Assembly (NCBI GenBank): GCA_039030515.1
Contig: JBCCEA010000006.1
Coordinates: forward strand, 1-64,000
From: Myxococcota bacterium
Lineage (GTDB): Bacteria > Myxococcota_A > Polyangia > Polyangiales > Houyiibacteriaceae
Length of the DNA: 64,000 bases
Direction: 5' to 3'
Shown: positions 28,829-37,907 of the stretch, piece after piece
Position numbering within the stretch: position 1 is the stretch's first letter
Layout of the letters: each line of letters begins with the position of its first letter
Position numbers and translations under genes: made by a program
The notes under the pieces: model-generated
Told to the model about the DNA's origin: nothing
The model's input: only the letters and a program-made list of their open reading frames with translations
The model's database searches: none

Positions 28829-31432
28829 TCAAGTTGGGTTTGCCTCGGTGTTTTTCAGGAACTGGAATTCGGAGTCCACCAGGTTCACTTCCACCGTATC
28901 CCCGGAGGTATAACCACCTTTGAGAAGTGCTTCGGCCATGGGATCTTGAAGTTCCTTGAGGATGACCCTCTTCAAGGGTCGAGCCCCGAACGCAGGCTCG
29001 TAGCCAAGATCGACGAGGCGGTCTTTTGCAGCCTCCGAGACGACGAGACTGATGCGGCGCTGAGAGAGGAGTTTTGCCAGGTTTCTGAGCTGGATTTCGA
29101 CGATTCCTCGCAGGTCTTCGCGGTTCAAGGGGTCGAACATCACTATTTCGTCGATCCGGTTCAAGAACTCTGGACGAAAATGGTTCTGAAGCTCTCCCTC
29201 AACCTTGGCCCGAAGCGCCTCGCTCGTACCCTCGTGATTCAGGATCAACTGGCTACCCACATTGCTCGTCATGATGATGACCGTGTCCGCAAAGTGCGCG
29301 ACCTGACCTCGAGAATCTGTGAGTCGGCCGTCGTCTAGCACTTGGAGAGTAATGTTGAATACATCTGGGTGGGCCTTCTCCATTTCGTCAAAGAGCACAA
29401 CGCTATAGGGGCGACGGCGAACAGCCTCGGTCAAGAACCCCCCCTGATCGCTATGCACGTAGCCAGGGGGCGAGCCGAGCAATCGGGCCACCATATGCTT
29501 TTCCATAAACTCGCTCATATCGAGTCGCGTCAGTGCGGAGTCGTCGTCGAAGAGGAATTCTGCGAGGGTCTTGGCAAGTTCGGTCTTACCGACTCCGGTT
29601 GGTCCTAAGAAAAGAAAGGAACCGATAGGTCTCTTCGGATCACGTAGGCCTACCCGTCCTCTGCGGACCGCCCGACTTACCGCAACCACCGCCTGTTCCT
29701 GTCCGACGACGCGCTTTGTGAGCCGCTCTTCCATGCGGAGCAGTTTTTCTTTTTCTTCCTCCATCATTTTCGACACCGGAACTCCTGTCCAGGTGGCCAC
29801 AACATCGGCCACATCCTCTACGAGGACCATGTCACGTACGAGAGAGTGCTCTTGATCCGGCTCTTTGACTCCCAGCTCCGCAAGCTGTTTTTCGAGCAGA
29901 GGAATGGTTCCAAACCTCAACTCTCCGGCTCGAGCATGTGCGTCGTTTGCTCTTGCCTGCTCGAGCTCACGGTGTGCGGCATTGAGTTCCTTCTTAATCC
30001 GTCGCAGCGCCCCGCTAGAGCCGAGATCTCGGTTCCATTGATCCCTCATTTGTTTGGCGGCGGGGAGAATGCGTTCGATCTCTTCTGTCAGACGTCGATA
30101 CTCCAGTTTCGACCCTTCGTCTCCGTCGTCTTCAAGCGACCTGCTTTGAACCTTGAGGGTTTCCAGCCGGCGTTCCAGTGCATCGAGCTCAGCGGGAACG
30201 CTTTCCAATTCCACACGGACATGGGCAGCCGCCTCGTCGATGAGATCGATCGCCGACTTCGGTAGCTGAACTCCCGGAACGTAGCGCTTGGCCAATCGAC
30301 ATGCTGCGATCAAGGCCGGGTCAGCGATGCGCACGCCGTGTGCTGCTTCGAAGTGGGTCACCACGCCTCGCAAAATACCGATCGATTCGTCCAGAGTAGG
30401 AGGATCCAGGTGGATCGGGACAAATCGCTCGACTAGTGCAGGTTCTTCTTCAGCCGCTCTTCGATGCTGGTCGGGAGTGGCGATGCCGAGAGCGCGCAGC
30501 TCCTGCCGCTGTAGCGCACTGGACAGAAGGTCTCCTGCTCCTGCCACGCCTCTTTGGGTGAACGCTGCGATGTCCGGTATGAACAGCAGTATGTTGCCTC
30601 CCGAATCGCGCACCGCATTGAGGAACAGGCGCATGCGCTCCTCGAGTTGACCGCGAAGCTTGGCTCCAGTGACGAGGGCACTGACTTCCAGGGAAATGAT
30701 GCGTTTGCCGATCATCATCTTCGGAACGTCGCCCTTCGTGATTCGGGCCGCCAGACCGTGTGCGACGGTACGTTTGCCGATTCCCCGCTCTCCGATCAGA
30801 AGCGGGTTGTTCTCTCGTCGTCGGGTAAACACCTGGAGGATGCGTCGCAGCTCGGCGTCACGACCTACCAGAGGATCAAATCGGCCCTGCTCTGCCATGC
30901 GGGTCAGGTCGAGGCCGAACTCCTCGATGGGATCACTTTGGCCTTGCGCAGCGCGATCTGCAGTGAAGACCGATGCATCTTGCGAGGCTTGAGCTTGCTT
31001 CCCAAGGGTTGCCCTGAGTATCGGAGCGCTGAGTCCACATGCGCGCAGCGAGAGGTACACAGGGCCATCGGTTTCTTGCGCGACGGCGATCAGGAGATGG
31101 GCCACCGATACATGAGCGCCGCCTGCTCGGGCCGCCTCGCCTTCAGCCCTGCCCAGCAAGTCGAGCATTCGAGGCGATAGATAGGAAGAGAGCTTCCTCG
31201 AGCTGGGCAGCTTTCGGAGTTGCAGCTCGACTTCGATCCTTAGATCTTTGGCCGCCACCTGCGCGCTTTCGACCGCCTTGCCGACCGTAGGATCACCTTC
31301 GATCATCGCGAACAGCAGATGAACCGGCTCCACTTCCAGGTGCCCCCGCTGGTCTGCTTCAGATTGAGCCGCAGCGACGAGCTCCTTGGCGGACCGCGCA
31401 TAAGCGTCGAGTTTCAAAGTCAATCTGCTCAT
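28829..31432 (-). CDS. clpB: ClpB-family AAA+ chaperone with degenerate NBD1 motifs
   Basis: Clp N-terminal repeats, DPLVGRD, coiled-coil M domain, NBD2 GPTGVGKT and LFDEMEKAH, GRLTD, FRPEFLNRID and GARPL. Confidence 0.85.
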   Translation of the reverse strand: MSRLTLKLDAYARSAKELVAAAQSEADQRGHLEVEPVHLLFAMIEGDPTVGKAVESAQVAAKDLRIEVELQLRKLPSSRKLSSYLSPRMLDLLGRAEGEAARAGGAHVSVAHLLIAVAQETDGPVYLSLRACGLSAPILRATLGKQAQASQDASVFTADRAAQGQSDPIEEFGLDLTRMAEQGRFDPLVGRDAELRRILQVFTRRRENNPLLIGERGIGKRTVAHGLAARITKGDVPKMMIGKRIISLEVSALVTGAKLRGQLEERMRLFLNAVRDSGGNILLFIPDIAAFTQRGVAGAGDLLSSALQRQELRALGIATPDQHRRAAEEEPALVERFVPIHLDPPTLDESIGILRGVVTHFEAAHGVRIADPALIAACRLAKRYVPGVQLPKSAIDLIDEAAAHVRVELESVPAELDALERRLETLKVQSRSLEDDGDEGSKLEYRRLTEEIERILPAAKQMRDQWNRDLGSSGALRRIKKELNAAHRELEQARANDAHARAGELRFGTIPLLEKQLAELGVKEPDQEHSLVRDMVLVEDVADVVATWTGVPVSKMMEEEKEKLLRMEERLTKRVVGQEQAVVAVSRAVRRGRVGLRDPKRPIGSFLFLGPTGVGKTELAKTLAEFLFDDDSALTRLDMSEFMEKHMVARLLGSPPGYVHSDQGGFLTEAVRRRPYSVVLFDEMEKAHPDVFNITLQVLDDGRLTDSRGQVAHFADTVIIMTSNVGSQLILNHEGTSEALRAKVEGELQNHFRPEFLNRIDEIVMFDPLNREDLRGIVEIQLRNLAKLLSQRRISLVVSEAAKDRLVDLGYEPAFGARPLKRVILKELQDPMAEALLKGGYTSGDTVEVNLVDSEFQFLKNTEANPT

Positions 31433-31598
31433 GTTCCCAAAGGTCCGCACTAGATGCGCTTGGGTCAACAGCCTTTCTTTGCCGTTTGCGCTAAGGCGCT
31501 CCCGAGCTATCGACTCCCCGATAGGGTGCGTGAATCGTGGCAGACCCCACTCGGTACGAACCGCGTGTTAGGAACCGCGTGCGATGAATAGGACGGGG

Positions 31599-31880
31599 CT
31601 AGCCTTTTGGATCGAGGGACTTCTCTTTCCTCCGATAGAGCAGAGTCGTCTCGCTCAGAACGCTCGCCAGCAGTCGCTCCTCGTCGCCTGAAAGATTGCC
31701 TTGTGTCTTGCGCTCGAGCATTTGCAGGATGTCGATCGAGTTTTGCGCAAGAGGCAAGTCGATGGGTTGGATCTGACCCGATTCGTCCGGAGCGCCCAGA
31801 TGAAGCGCCGCAGCTCTACCTAGCGAAACTACAAAGGTGTTGAAGTCAAAGGGTGCCGTTTCGGTTTTTTCTTGCGTCAC
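31599..31880 (-). CDS. DUF1844-family protein
   Basis: F..FV.SL...A..HLG and DLPLAQNSIDILQMLERKTQGNL..DE. Confidence 0.85.
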   Translation of the reverse strand: MTQEKTETAPFDFNTFVVSLGRAAALHLGAPDESGQIQPIDLPLAQNSIDILQMLERKTQGNLSGDEERLLASVLSETTLLYRRKEKSLDPKG

Positions 31881-31946
31881 GTTCAGGACCCGAAAAAGAG
31901 AAGATCGACGAAGCTAGAGGATGTTAATGCGAACGATCGAGGGTCG

Positions 31947-32216
31947 CTACTGAGGTTCTTCCGATTGAACCGCACCTTGCCGATCGGTACCGGGAACTTC
32001 ACCTGAGATCGATGGGCTGCCTTTGGACAACATGCTGCCTGATGAAGTGACTGCGGCTGCACCTTCTTCCCCCTTGGCATCGATGCTCACGTACTCCATG
32101 TTGCTGCTGCCGTCTTGGAGCGACGTGAGGTGGGACTCGTAGTCTTCCTTGCGAACCAAGCCGCGACGGATGTTTCGGTGGACGATGCGCTTATCCATTA
32201 GGAGATCTTTATTCAT
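31947..32216 (-). CDS. Small conserved hypothetical protein
   Basis: DKRIVHRNIRRGLVRKEDYESHL..L.D, a pattern I recognise from small deltaproteobacterial/myxobacterial proteins. Confidence 0.6.
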   Translation of the reverse strand: MNKDLLMDKRIVHRNIRRGLVRKEDYESHLTSLQDGSSNMEYVSIDAKGEEGAAAVTSSGSMLSKGSPSISGEVPGTDRQGAVQSEEPQ

Positions 32217-32386
32217 AACTTCAACCGGCGACCTGCGTGTACCTCGCGAGCGCAAGTGTAAAGCCAGCCTTGTCCTTGTCAATTCATGTGGCTGAAGCCT
32301 CCGCTTGTCTTTCGTGCCGCGAGTGAGCCTCATAAAACCACCGGGCGCACGCATGCTTCCGACGTTTTTGTTGTAAACTTACACCT

Positions 32387-33304
32387 ATGAGCGATCGGTC
32401 TCGCTTCCTCGAAGGTCTTGAACCGCTAGACGTGGAAGAAACCTGGCCAATGTTGCTCGGCGGTCGTTACCGGATCGTGCGCCCGATGGGTCAAGGGGGA
32501 TACGGTCGTGTGTTCGAAGCGGTAGACTTGCTGACCGAACAGACCGTGGCGATCAAACAGCTCCGGCCGCATGGGCTCTCTCCCGCGACGGATCGGGTGC
32601 GCTTTCTGAACGAAGCCCGGACCCTTGAGGCTCTAGAAAACACCGTGATCGTCACGCTACACGATACGGCGAATCCAGATGACGAAGTTCCGTTTTTCGT
32701 GATGGAATTCATCGAGGGGGAAACGCTGGCTGCTTATCTCCGGCGTCGTAGGTATCTTTCGGTTCGTGAGGTTTTTCTGATCGCTGCTCGCCTGCTCGAA
32801 GGTCTTGCTGCGGTACACGAGGTGGGTGTCGTCCATCGAGACATCAAGCCTGGGAACGTTGTGCTCAAGATCTCCGACCTCGGCGAGATCAGCCTCAAGC
32901 TTCTCGATTTCGGACTCAGCGGTCGTTTCGGTATCGATCCTCTGCCGCGAGTGACCAAGGTTGGACACGTGGTTGGGACTCCGGGTTACATGGCACCGGA
33001 GCAGCTCCTAGGGTGCACTCCCGACCCGCGTAGCGATCTGTTTTCACTCGGAATAACCATGTATCAGGCGCTCACTGCTCATCGACCGTTCGAGCCCAGA
33101 AAATCTGCAGATCTTGCCGAGTATGTTCGACGTGTTACCCGAACCTCTCCGGACCCGCCTTCGCGATTGCGTCCCGGTCTCGGGGAAGCCGTCGATGACG
33201 TGATCCTACGAGCCCTACGTAGGCAACCTGCAGAGCGCTACCAAGACGCAGCCCAGATGCGGGTTGCTTGTGACGGACTGCTCGCTCGGCTTCCGGTTTT
33301 TTAG
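32387..33304 (+). CDS. Hanks-type Ser/Thr protein kinase (catalytic domain only)
   Basis: GQGGYG, VAIK, HRDIKPGN, DFG, GTPGYMAPE and DLFSLG. Confidence 0.93.
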   Translation: MSDRSRFLEGLEPLDVEETWPMLLGGRYRIVRPMGQGGYGRVFEAVDLLTEQTVAIKQLRPHGLSPATDRVRFLNEARTLEALENTVIVTLHDTANPDDEVPFFVMEFIEGETLAAYLRRRRYLSVREVFLIAARLLEGLAAVHEVGVVHRDIKPGNVVLKISDLGEISLKLLDFGLSGRFGIDPLPRVTKVGHVVGTPGYMAPEQLLGCTPDPRSDLFSLGITMYQALTAHRPFEPRKSADLAEYVRRVTRTSPDPPSRLRPGLGEAVDDVILRALRRQPAERYQDAAQMRVACDGLLARLPVF

Positions 33305-33415
33305 AATCCGTCCCTGAGTCGTCGATATCCGCCTGCAGCCACAAAAAAGGGTTGCTGAGGGTCTTCCGGATGGATGCTGGCCGGACTGAGGCTCCCTATA
33401 GTACACACTAAGCCT

Positions 33416-33895
33416 ATGGAGGATGCCGCTAGTAACTGGCTTGCGCACCGCAGTCGAGAAACGAAGATACGCCGCGACGCTCGGGGACACTGGTACAACG
33501 ACGGCGTTCGTATCGACCATCCTGGGTTGGTCCGCAGTTTCAATGCCTGGATAGATCTCGCTGAAGATGGACGTTATTGCATCAAGAACGACATCAACTG
33601 GGCCTATATCGAAGTAGAAGGCTTACCGGTATTTGTCCGGTCCGTACGATTTGAACCGCCATCCATACGCATTCTGTCTTCTACCTTGGGGGTCGAAGAG
33701 TCCGTATCGATCGATACGTTGATTCAAGATGAACACGGGGTGCTCTACTGCCGGGTAAAGGATGGTCGTCTGATCGCGCGCCTTGATTCCCATGCGATGC
33801 TTCAGCTCGAAGACCACCTCGATGAGGATGATCACGGCGTCTTTTTGCGGTCTGGCGAACACATCGTCAGGCCTAAGGTGTCCCAAGTACCCTGA
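33416..33895 (+). CDS. DUF1285-like protein
   Basis: I..D..G.WYNDG..I.H..L...F, AYIEVEGLPVFV and LYCRVKDG. Confidence 0.7.
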   Translation: MEDAASNWLAHRSRETKIRRDARGHWYNDGVRIDHPGLVRSFNAWIDLAEDGRYCIKNDINWAYIEVEGLPVFVRSVRFEPPSIRILSSTLGVEESVSIDTLIQDEHGVLYCRVKDGRLIARLDSHAMLQLEDHLDEDDHGVFLRSGEHIVRPKVSQVP

Positions 33896-34076
33896 CGCAA
33901 CCTCTTCTTGCTTCCCCGGGAGCTGGCCGTTGAAGGGTCCTAGCGTTTCCCGGAGGACCGCCTCTCGAGCTGAAGTGCCCAAGTGCCCAAGTGCACATTT
34001 GCCGACATGCCGACGTGTACATTTGCCCTTCAACTATTCAGGCGCCGACCCGTTCGAGCGGTGCTAGATTGCCAAA

Positions 34077-34688
34077 ATGCCTCGGGCGGAGCACTGGGCG
34101 GCGGCAGTCGCTGTATTTATCGCGATTCCTTTGTTGTGGGTGTTTTCGGCAGCGCTTGCAGACGGCACTGTGCGGGAGCGGGAAGCACCTCTCCGAGGTC
34201 TTTTTGGTGATGCGTTCTTCGAGGCGATGGGCGCAGGTGAAAAAAGATCTCAGCACTATTTGGGCAACGAGTTCGCGGCACCGGATTTTGCTTTGCCAGA
34301 CCGAACGGGCGCTCTGTATCGCCTGTCGGATCGCCGCGGAAGGGTTGTGATTTTAAACTTCTGGACGGTTACCTGTCAGCCCTGCTTGCGAGAAATGCCC
34401 ACGCTCGAGTCCCTGGCCAAGATCGCGGCCGAAGATTGGGGAGATGTCGATGTCGTCGGGATAAGCACAGATCGCGGATGGGAAGACGTTTCTCTGGTGG
34501 TGCCCGAAGATTCAGCGATGACCCTGCTTTTCGACCCAGATCGAAAGGTGGTTGAAGATAAGTTCGGTACCGAGCTGTTTCCGGAAACATGGATTGTGGA
34601 TCGTCAAGGCGTGATACGCCTTCGCTACGACGGAGCCCTAGACTGGTCTAAGCCTTCGGTTCTCGACGTGATCGACGCGTTTCGGTAG
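34077..34688 (+). CDS. TlpA-family thiol:disulfide oxidoreductase
   Basis: N-terminal anchor, APDF.L, LNFWTVTCQPC..E.P and FPETW. Confidence 0.9.
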   Translation: MPRAEHWAAAVAVFIAIPLLWVFSAALADGTVREREAPLRGLFGDAFFEAMGAGEKRSQHYLGNEFAAPDFALPDRTGALYRLSDRRGRVVILNFWTVTCQPCLREMPTLESLAKIAAEDWGDVDVVGISTDRGWEDVSLVVPEDSAMTLLFDPDRKVVEDKFGTELFPETWIVDRQGVIRLRYDGALDWSKPSVLDVIDAFR

Positions 34689-34693
34689 TCCTC

Positions 34694-35371
34694 TTAGTCG
34701 CGCATCAATGGCTCAAACAGCCAGAGTCCCAAGGTCAGAAAAACAATAAAAAACGCGATCAGCACCTCGAAGTAGTCGAATGCCTCCAAAAATGGCGCGC
34801 CGCTGAGAATCGCCCGCGTACCGACGACCCCAGCGATAAGCGATGGAGACACGAGGGGAAAGAGTACCACCGAGAGCATCAGATCCCGGGCTTCGGTCCG
34901 GAGGCTCATCGCGCTAAAAAGCGTTCCCGCAGCCACAAAGCCGAGGGTCCCGAGCTGCAGCATAAGAAATACGGAAAGGCCCACGGCGAGGAGATCGAGC
35001 TGGAAAAAGAGCGCCACCAGAGGCAGTAGGAGTACCTCAACCAGGCTGAGGACGGCGAAGGTTGCCGTCGCTTTACCAAGGTAGATCGACGCCCGGGGGA
35101 TCGGAGCTGCCAATAGTCCGCGAATGACCTCTTGATCGCGTTCCCGATTCCAGCTGCGTCCCATCGCCAGGACTCCGGCAAAGGTAACCGCGATCCAAAG
35201 CACTCCCGGGGCGAGCTTCTCTGCGGCGGTGACGTCTACGTAAAAGGAAATGGACGCCATCACCACCACCAACACGGCGAACAAGGCGGTGCTGAGCAAG
35301 AGCTCTCGAGTGCGGAACTCAATACTCAGCTCTTTGCGCAGGATCAGCCAAGTGGCGGCAAAGAAACGCAT
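34694..35371 (-). CDS. ccmB: Heme exporter protein CcmB
   Basis: KELSIEFR, PGVLW, R.W..E, IYLGK and LLFP-type motifs; directly downstream of ccmA. Confidence 0.88.
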   Translation of the reverse strand: MRFFAATWLILRKELSIEFRTRELLLSTALFAVLVVVMASISFYVDVTAAEKLAPGVLWIAVTFAGVLAMGRSWNRERDQEVIRGLLAAPIPRASIYLGKATATFAVLSLVEVLLLPLVALFFQLDLLAVGLSVFLMLQLGTLGFVAAGTLFSAMSLRTEARDLMLSVVLFPLVSPSLIAGVVGTRAILSGAPFLEAFDYFEVLIAFFIVFLTLGLWLFEPLMRD

Positions 35372-35380
35372 GTCTCCGTC

Positions 35381-36094
35381 CTATCTCGAGTCTGGTGTGC
35401 GCTGCAGAGGTTCTTTGTCCTGATCGATCATGTCATGCCGATCGATCACGCTTGCAGCAACCTGGCCTCTCTGAAGACAAATGCGCTGGTCTGCAATTCG
35501 ACCTGCGATTGCGTCATGATGGGTGATCAAAATGCAGATGGCCCCTCTGTTTCTTTCTTCGATGACGGCATCGATCAGCTGTTCGATGCTGCTTGAGTCG
35601 AGTCCGGTAGAAGGTTCATCGAGCAGTAGGACTCGAGGCGTGTGGAGTAGGGCTCGACAGAGGGCGATTCGCTGCGTTTGTCCGCGAGACCACGTGCGCA
35701 TCGGTCGGTCGACGTAGGCGCCTACCGCAAAACGTTCAAGGATCTGGTCGACGCGTATGGAATCGACCCCGTAAAGACCAGCGAAGAAAAGCAAATTCTC
35801 CCGACCGGTCAGGTCTGGATAGAGCATCGGAGCATGACTCAAGATTCCGATCTGCGCGCGTAGAGGAGCACCGATTTGTGCCGCGGTATAGGTTCCGTAG
35901 CGGATACGGCCGCTGGTCGGTTTGGAAAGCAGGGCGAGAAGTGCAAGCAGGGTGCTTTTGCCGGAACCGTTGGGGCCCTCGACAACGGTGACCTGGCCAG
36001 CTTCAAAGGTGGCATCGACGTGATGAAGCGCTCGGGTGGAGCCGTAGGTTTTGGCGAGGCCCTCGGTTCGCACCTGCCGGAAGTCCCATTGCAC
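35381..36094 (-). CDS. ccmA: Heme ABC exporter ATP-binding protein CcmA
   Basis: GPNGSGKST, LTGRENL, WSRGQTQR and LLLDEPSTGLD; adjacent to ccmB. Confidence 0.8.
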   Translation of the reverse strand: MQWDFRQVRTEGLAKTYGSTRALHHVDATFEAGQVTVVEGPNGSGKSTLLALLALLSKPTSGRIRYGTYTAAQIGAPLRAQIGILSHAPMLYPDLTGRENLLFFAGLYGVDSIRVDQILERFAVGAYVDRPMRTWSRGQTQRIALCRALLHTPRVLLLDEPSTGLDSSSIEQLIDAVIEERNRGAICILITHHDAIAGRIADQRICLQRGQVAASVIDRHDMIDQDKEPLQRTPDSR

Positions 36095-36160
36095 GATGCC
36101 ACACGATAGCAGCTAGAGGATCGATGACGAACGACGATGCAATCGACTTCGAACGCTGCA

Positions 36161-37555
36161 CTAGGGCGAGCGCAGCGGCTGCCGTGCCGTTCTGCGTTCG
36201 GCAGGCTCTGGTTCTCGGTCCGATTCGCGAACACGGATCAGTGTGCCCGGATCCGTGGAGCCAGGTCTCACCGAGAGCCACCCGTCTGGCAAATAAGGTC
36301 CGGTCCACTCAAAGATCCATCTGGCGTCCTTGGGCGCTAAATTGATGCACCCATGGCTCATGCGGTTGCCCCAAGAATTATGCCAATACGCGGCATGAAG
36401 GGCGATGGAGCCGTTGAAGAACTGCACCCAGGGAACCGCATCGGCCGAGTAGTCGCTGGCTGTGTTTTTGTTGCCGATGTTGTCCATCTTGGTGGTCGAG
36501 AACTTAGCCCAGACACGGAAGGTGCCGACGGGGGTTTCCCGATCGGGTCGCCTCCGTCCTGAGGAAATCGTCGTGGCGTAGACGGGGGTGGGTCCCTCGT
36601 ATGCGATGAGGGTCTGCGAATCGAGATCGACATCGATCCATTTTTCGTCAGGCTCTACTTCCTCTGGGGGCGGCACCACGGTGGGTCGTGCGAGGCTGCC
36701 TAGAGCGACCACACCTTCTTTTCCCTCAACTTCGACCCAGCCCGGCCAGTACGCATCACGTATAAGATGTCGACTGAGGTGCATGAGTCGGTCCGCAACG
36801 GGCTCGATCGGGCTCGGTCTTACGCTCGCACGCAGCTCCTTTACCCAGGCCAACTCGGTGATCCCGTAGGTGCCGTCTAGCTCGACCCCCTGGAAACGAC
36901 TGGGTTCGAACACCTCTAAATCCGTCTCCCGCACGAAGTTTCCATCTCTCGTGCGCAGGACGTCGTTTCCGGGTCGACCCTGAGTGGCGAGCATAAAGCC
37001 CTCGCGATAGTGGGCCGTGGGCGACGTTTGGTTCACATCACTCGACCGATTCCAGGCTGGAGCTCCTCCTTTACGCACCTTTCCATAGCGAAAGGGCACG
37101 AGTCCATGCACGCTCAAACGAGGCTGTGGATTCCCTTTTGGAGGCAGATCGCTAGGCCTCAGCTTCCGCCCGCAGATCCAGGCGTTGCTTCGTATCTCGA
37201 GGTAGTACCCACAATCGGACGCCTCGTCGGCCGCGACGGTCTGTCCGGATGCCGGAACTCGTGTTTCGCGCAGCAGACTTCCTCTCAGCTTGCTTTTGGA
37301 GTGCGGCTCGTGAAGGAGTACCGCCCCTTCGATCACCTCAAGGGACCGTGTGTTTGCGGGAAACCAGTCGGGTAGCGCGTCGTCCTCTGAGGAACGTACG
37401 TGGCGATCTTCTGCGGAAAGTAGCTGAGGCGCTGCGGCGGACGCAACGAACACGACAGCCGTCAACAGCAAGCCAGTCACGGTAAGGCTCCGCGGATCAA
37501 GCGCTCGATCGGGCATTCCTTTCCATAGGTACCGAATCCCTTGCGACTCATTCAA
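36161..37555 (-). CDS. L,D-transpeptidase (YkuD family); start may be ATG 37516
   Basis: WIDVDL..Q.L.AYEG, ISSG, TPVG.F and HAAYWH...G...SHGCIN. Confidence 0.9.
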   Translation of the reverse strand: MNESQGIRYLWKGMPDRALDPRSLTVTGLLLTAVVFVASAAAPQLLSAEDRHVRSSEDDALPDWFPANTRSLEVIEGAVLLHEPHSKSKLRGSLLRETRVPASGQTVAADEASDCGYYLEIRSNAWICGRKLRPSDLPPKGNPQPRLSVHGLVPFRYGKVRKGGAPAWNRSSDVNQTSPTAHYREGFMLATQGRPGNDVLRTRDGNFVRETDLEVFEPSRFQGVELDGTYGITELAWVKELRASVRPSPIEPVADRLMHLSRHLIRDAYWPGWVEVEGKEGVVALGSLARPTVVPPPEEVEPDEKWIDVDLDSQTLIAYEGPTPVYATTISSGRRRPDRETPVGTFRVWAKFSTTKMDNIGNKNTASDYSADAVPWVQFFNGSIALHAAYWHNSWGNRMSHGCINLAPKDARWIFEWTGPYLPDGWLSVRPGSTDPGTLIRVRESDREPEPAERRTARQPLRSP

Positions 37556-37584
37556 GAAAACGGCGCTCTCTCGCTCCCGTGGCT

Positions 37585-37618
37585 AAGTCATCGCCGTCAC
37601 CAAGTCATCGCCGTCACC
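37585..37618. repeat. 17-bp tandem duplication AAGTCATCGCCGTCACC x2
   Basis: Read directly in the divergent intergenic region. Confidence 0.85.
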
Positions 37619-37907
37619 GATCTGCAACCATTCAGTCCGGCCTTTGCATGAGGGAACAGCGACTCGGACGACGCTGATGACCTCTCCGACGCGAAGTCAA
37701 GTCGCCCCGCGCTCATTAGATGTGATGGATGCGATCGGAAGGTGCCTGTTTCCGCGCACAAAATGGCGTTTGCAGCGGCTACTAAAGTTGCCAGTTGGGG
37801 ACGTCGGTCCTCTTGAGAATGTCACCTGGGTGTTTTTTTTGTGGTTTTTACAAGACCCTCGCGCCTCACCTCGCTCTCAGACGATCGGAACGGGGTGTGC
37901 ATTGAGT

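Noticed and set aside
28829..31432. ClpV of a type VI secretion system
   Set aside because: It has a ClpB-type coiled-coil M domain, and no tss genes are nearby.
37644..37901. N-terminal ~86 aa of the 609-aa ORF
   Set aside because: It precedes a normal lipoprotein signal peptide and is probably promoter or leader sequence.
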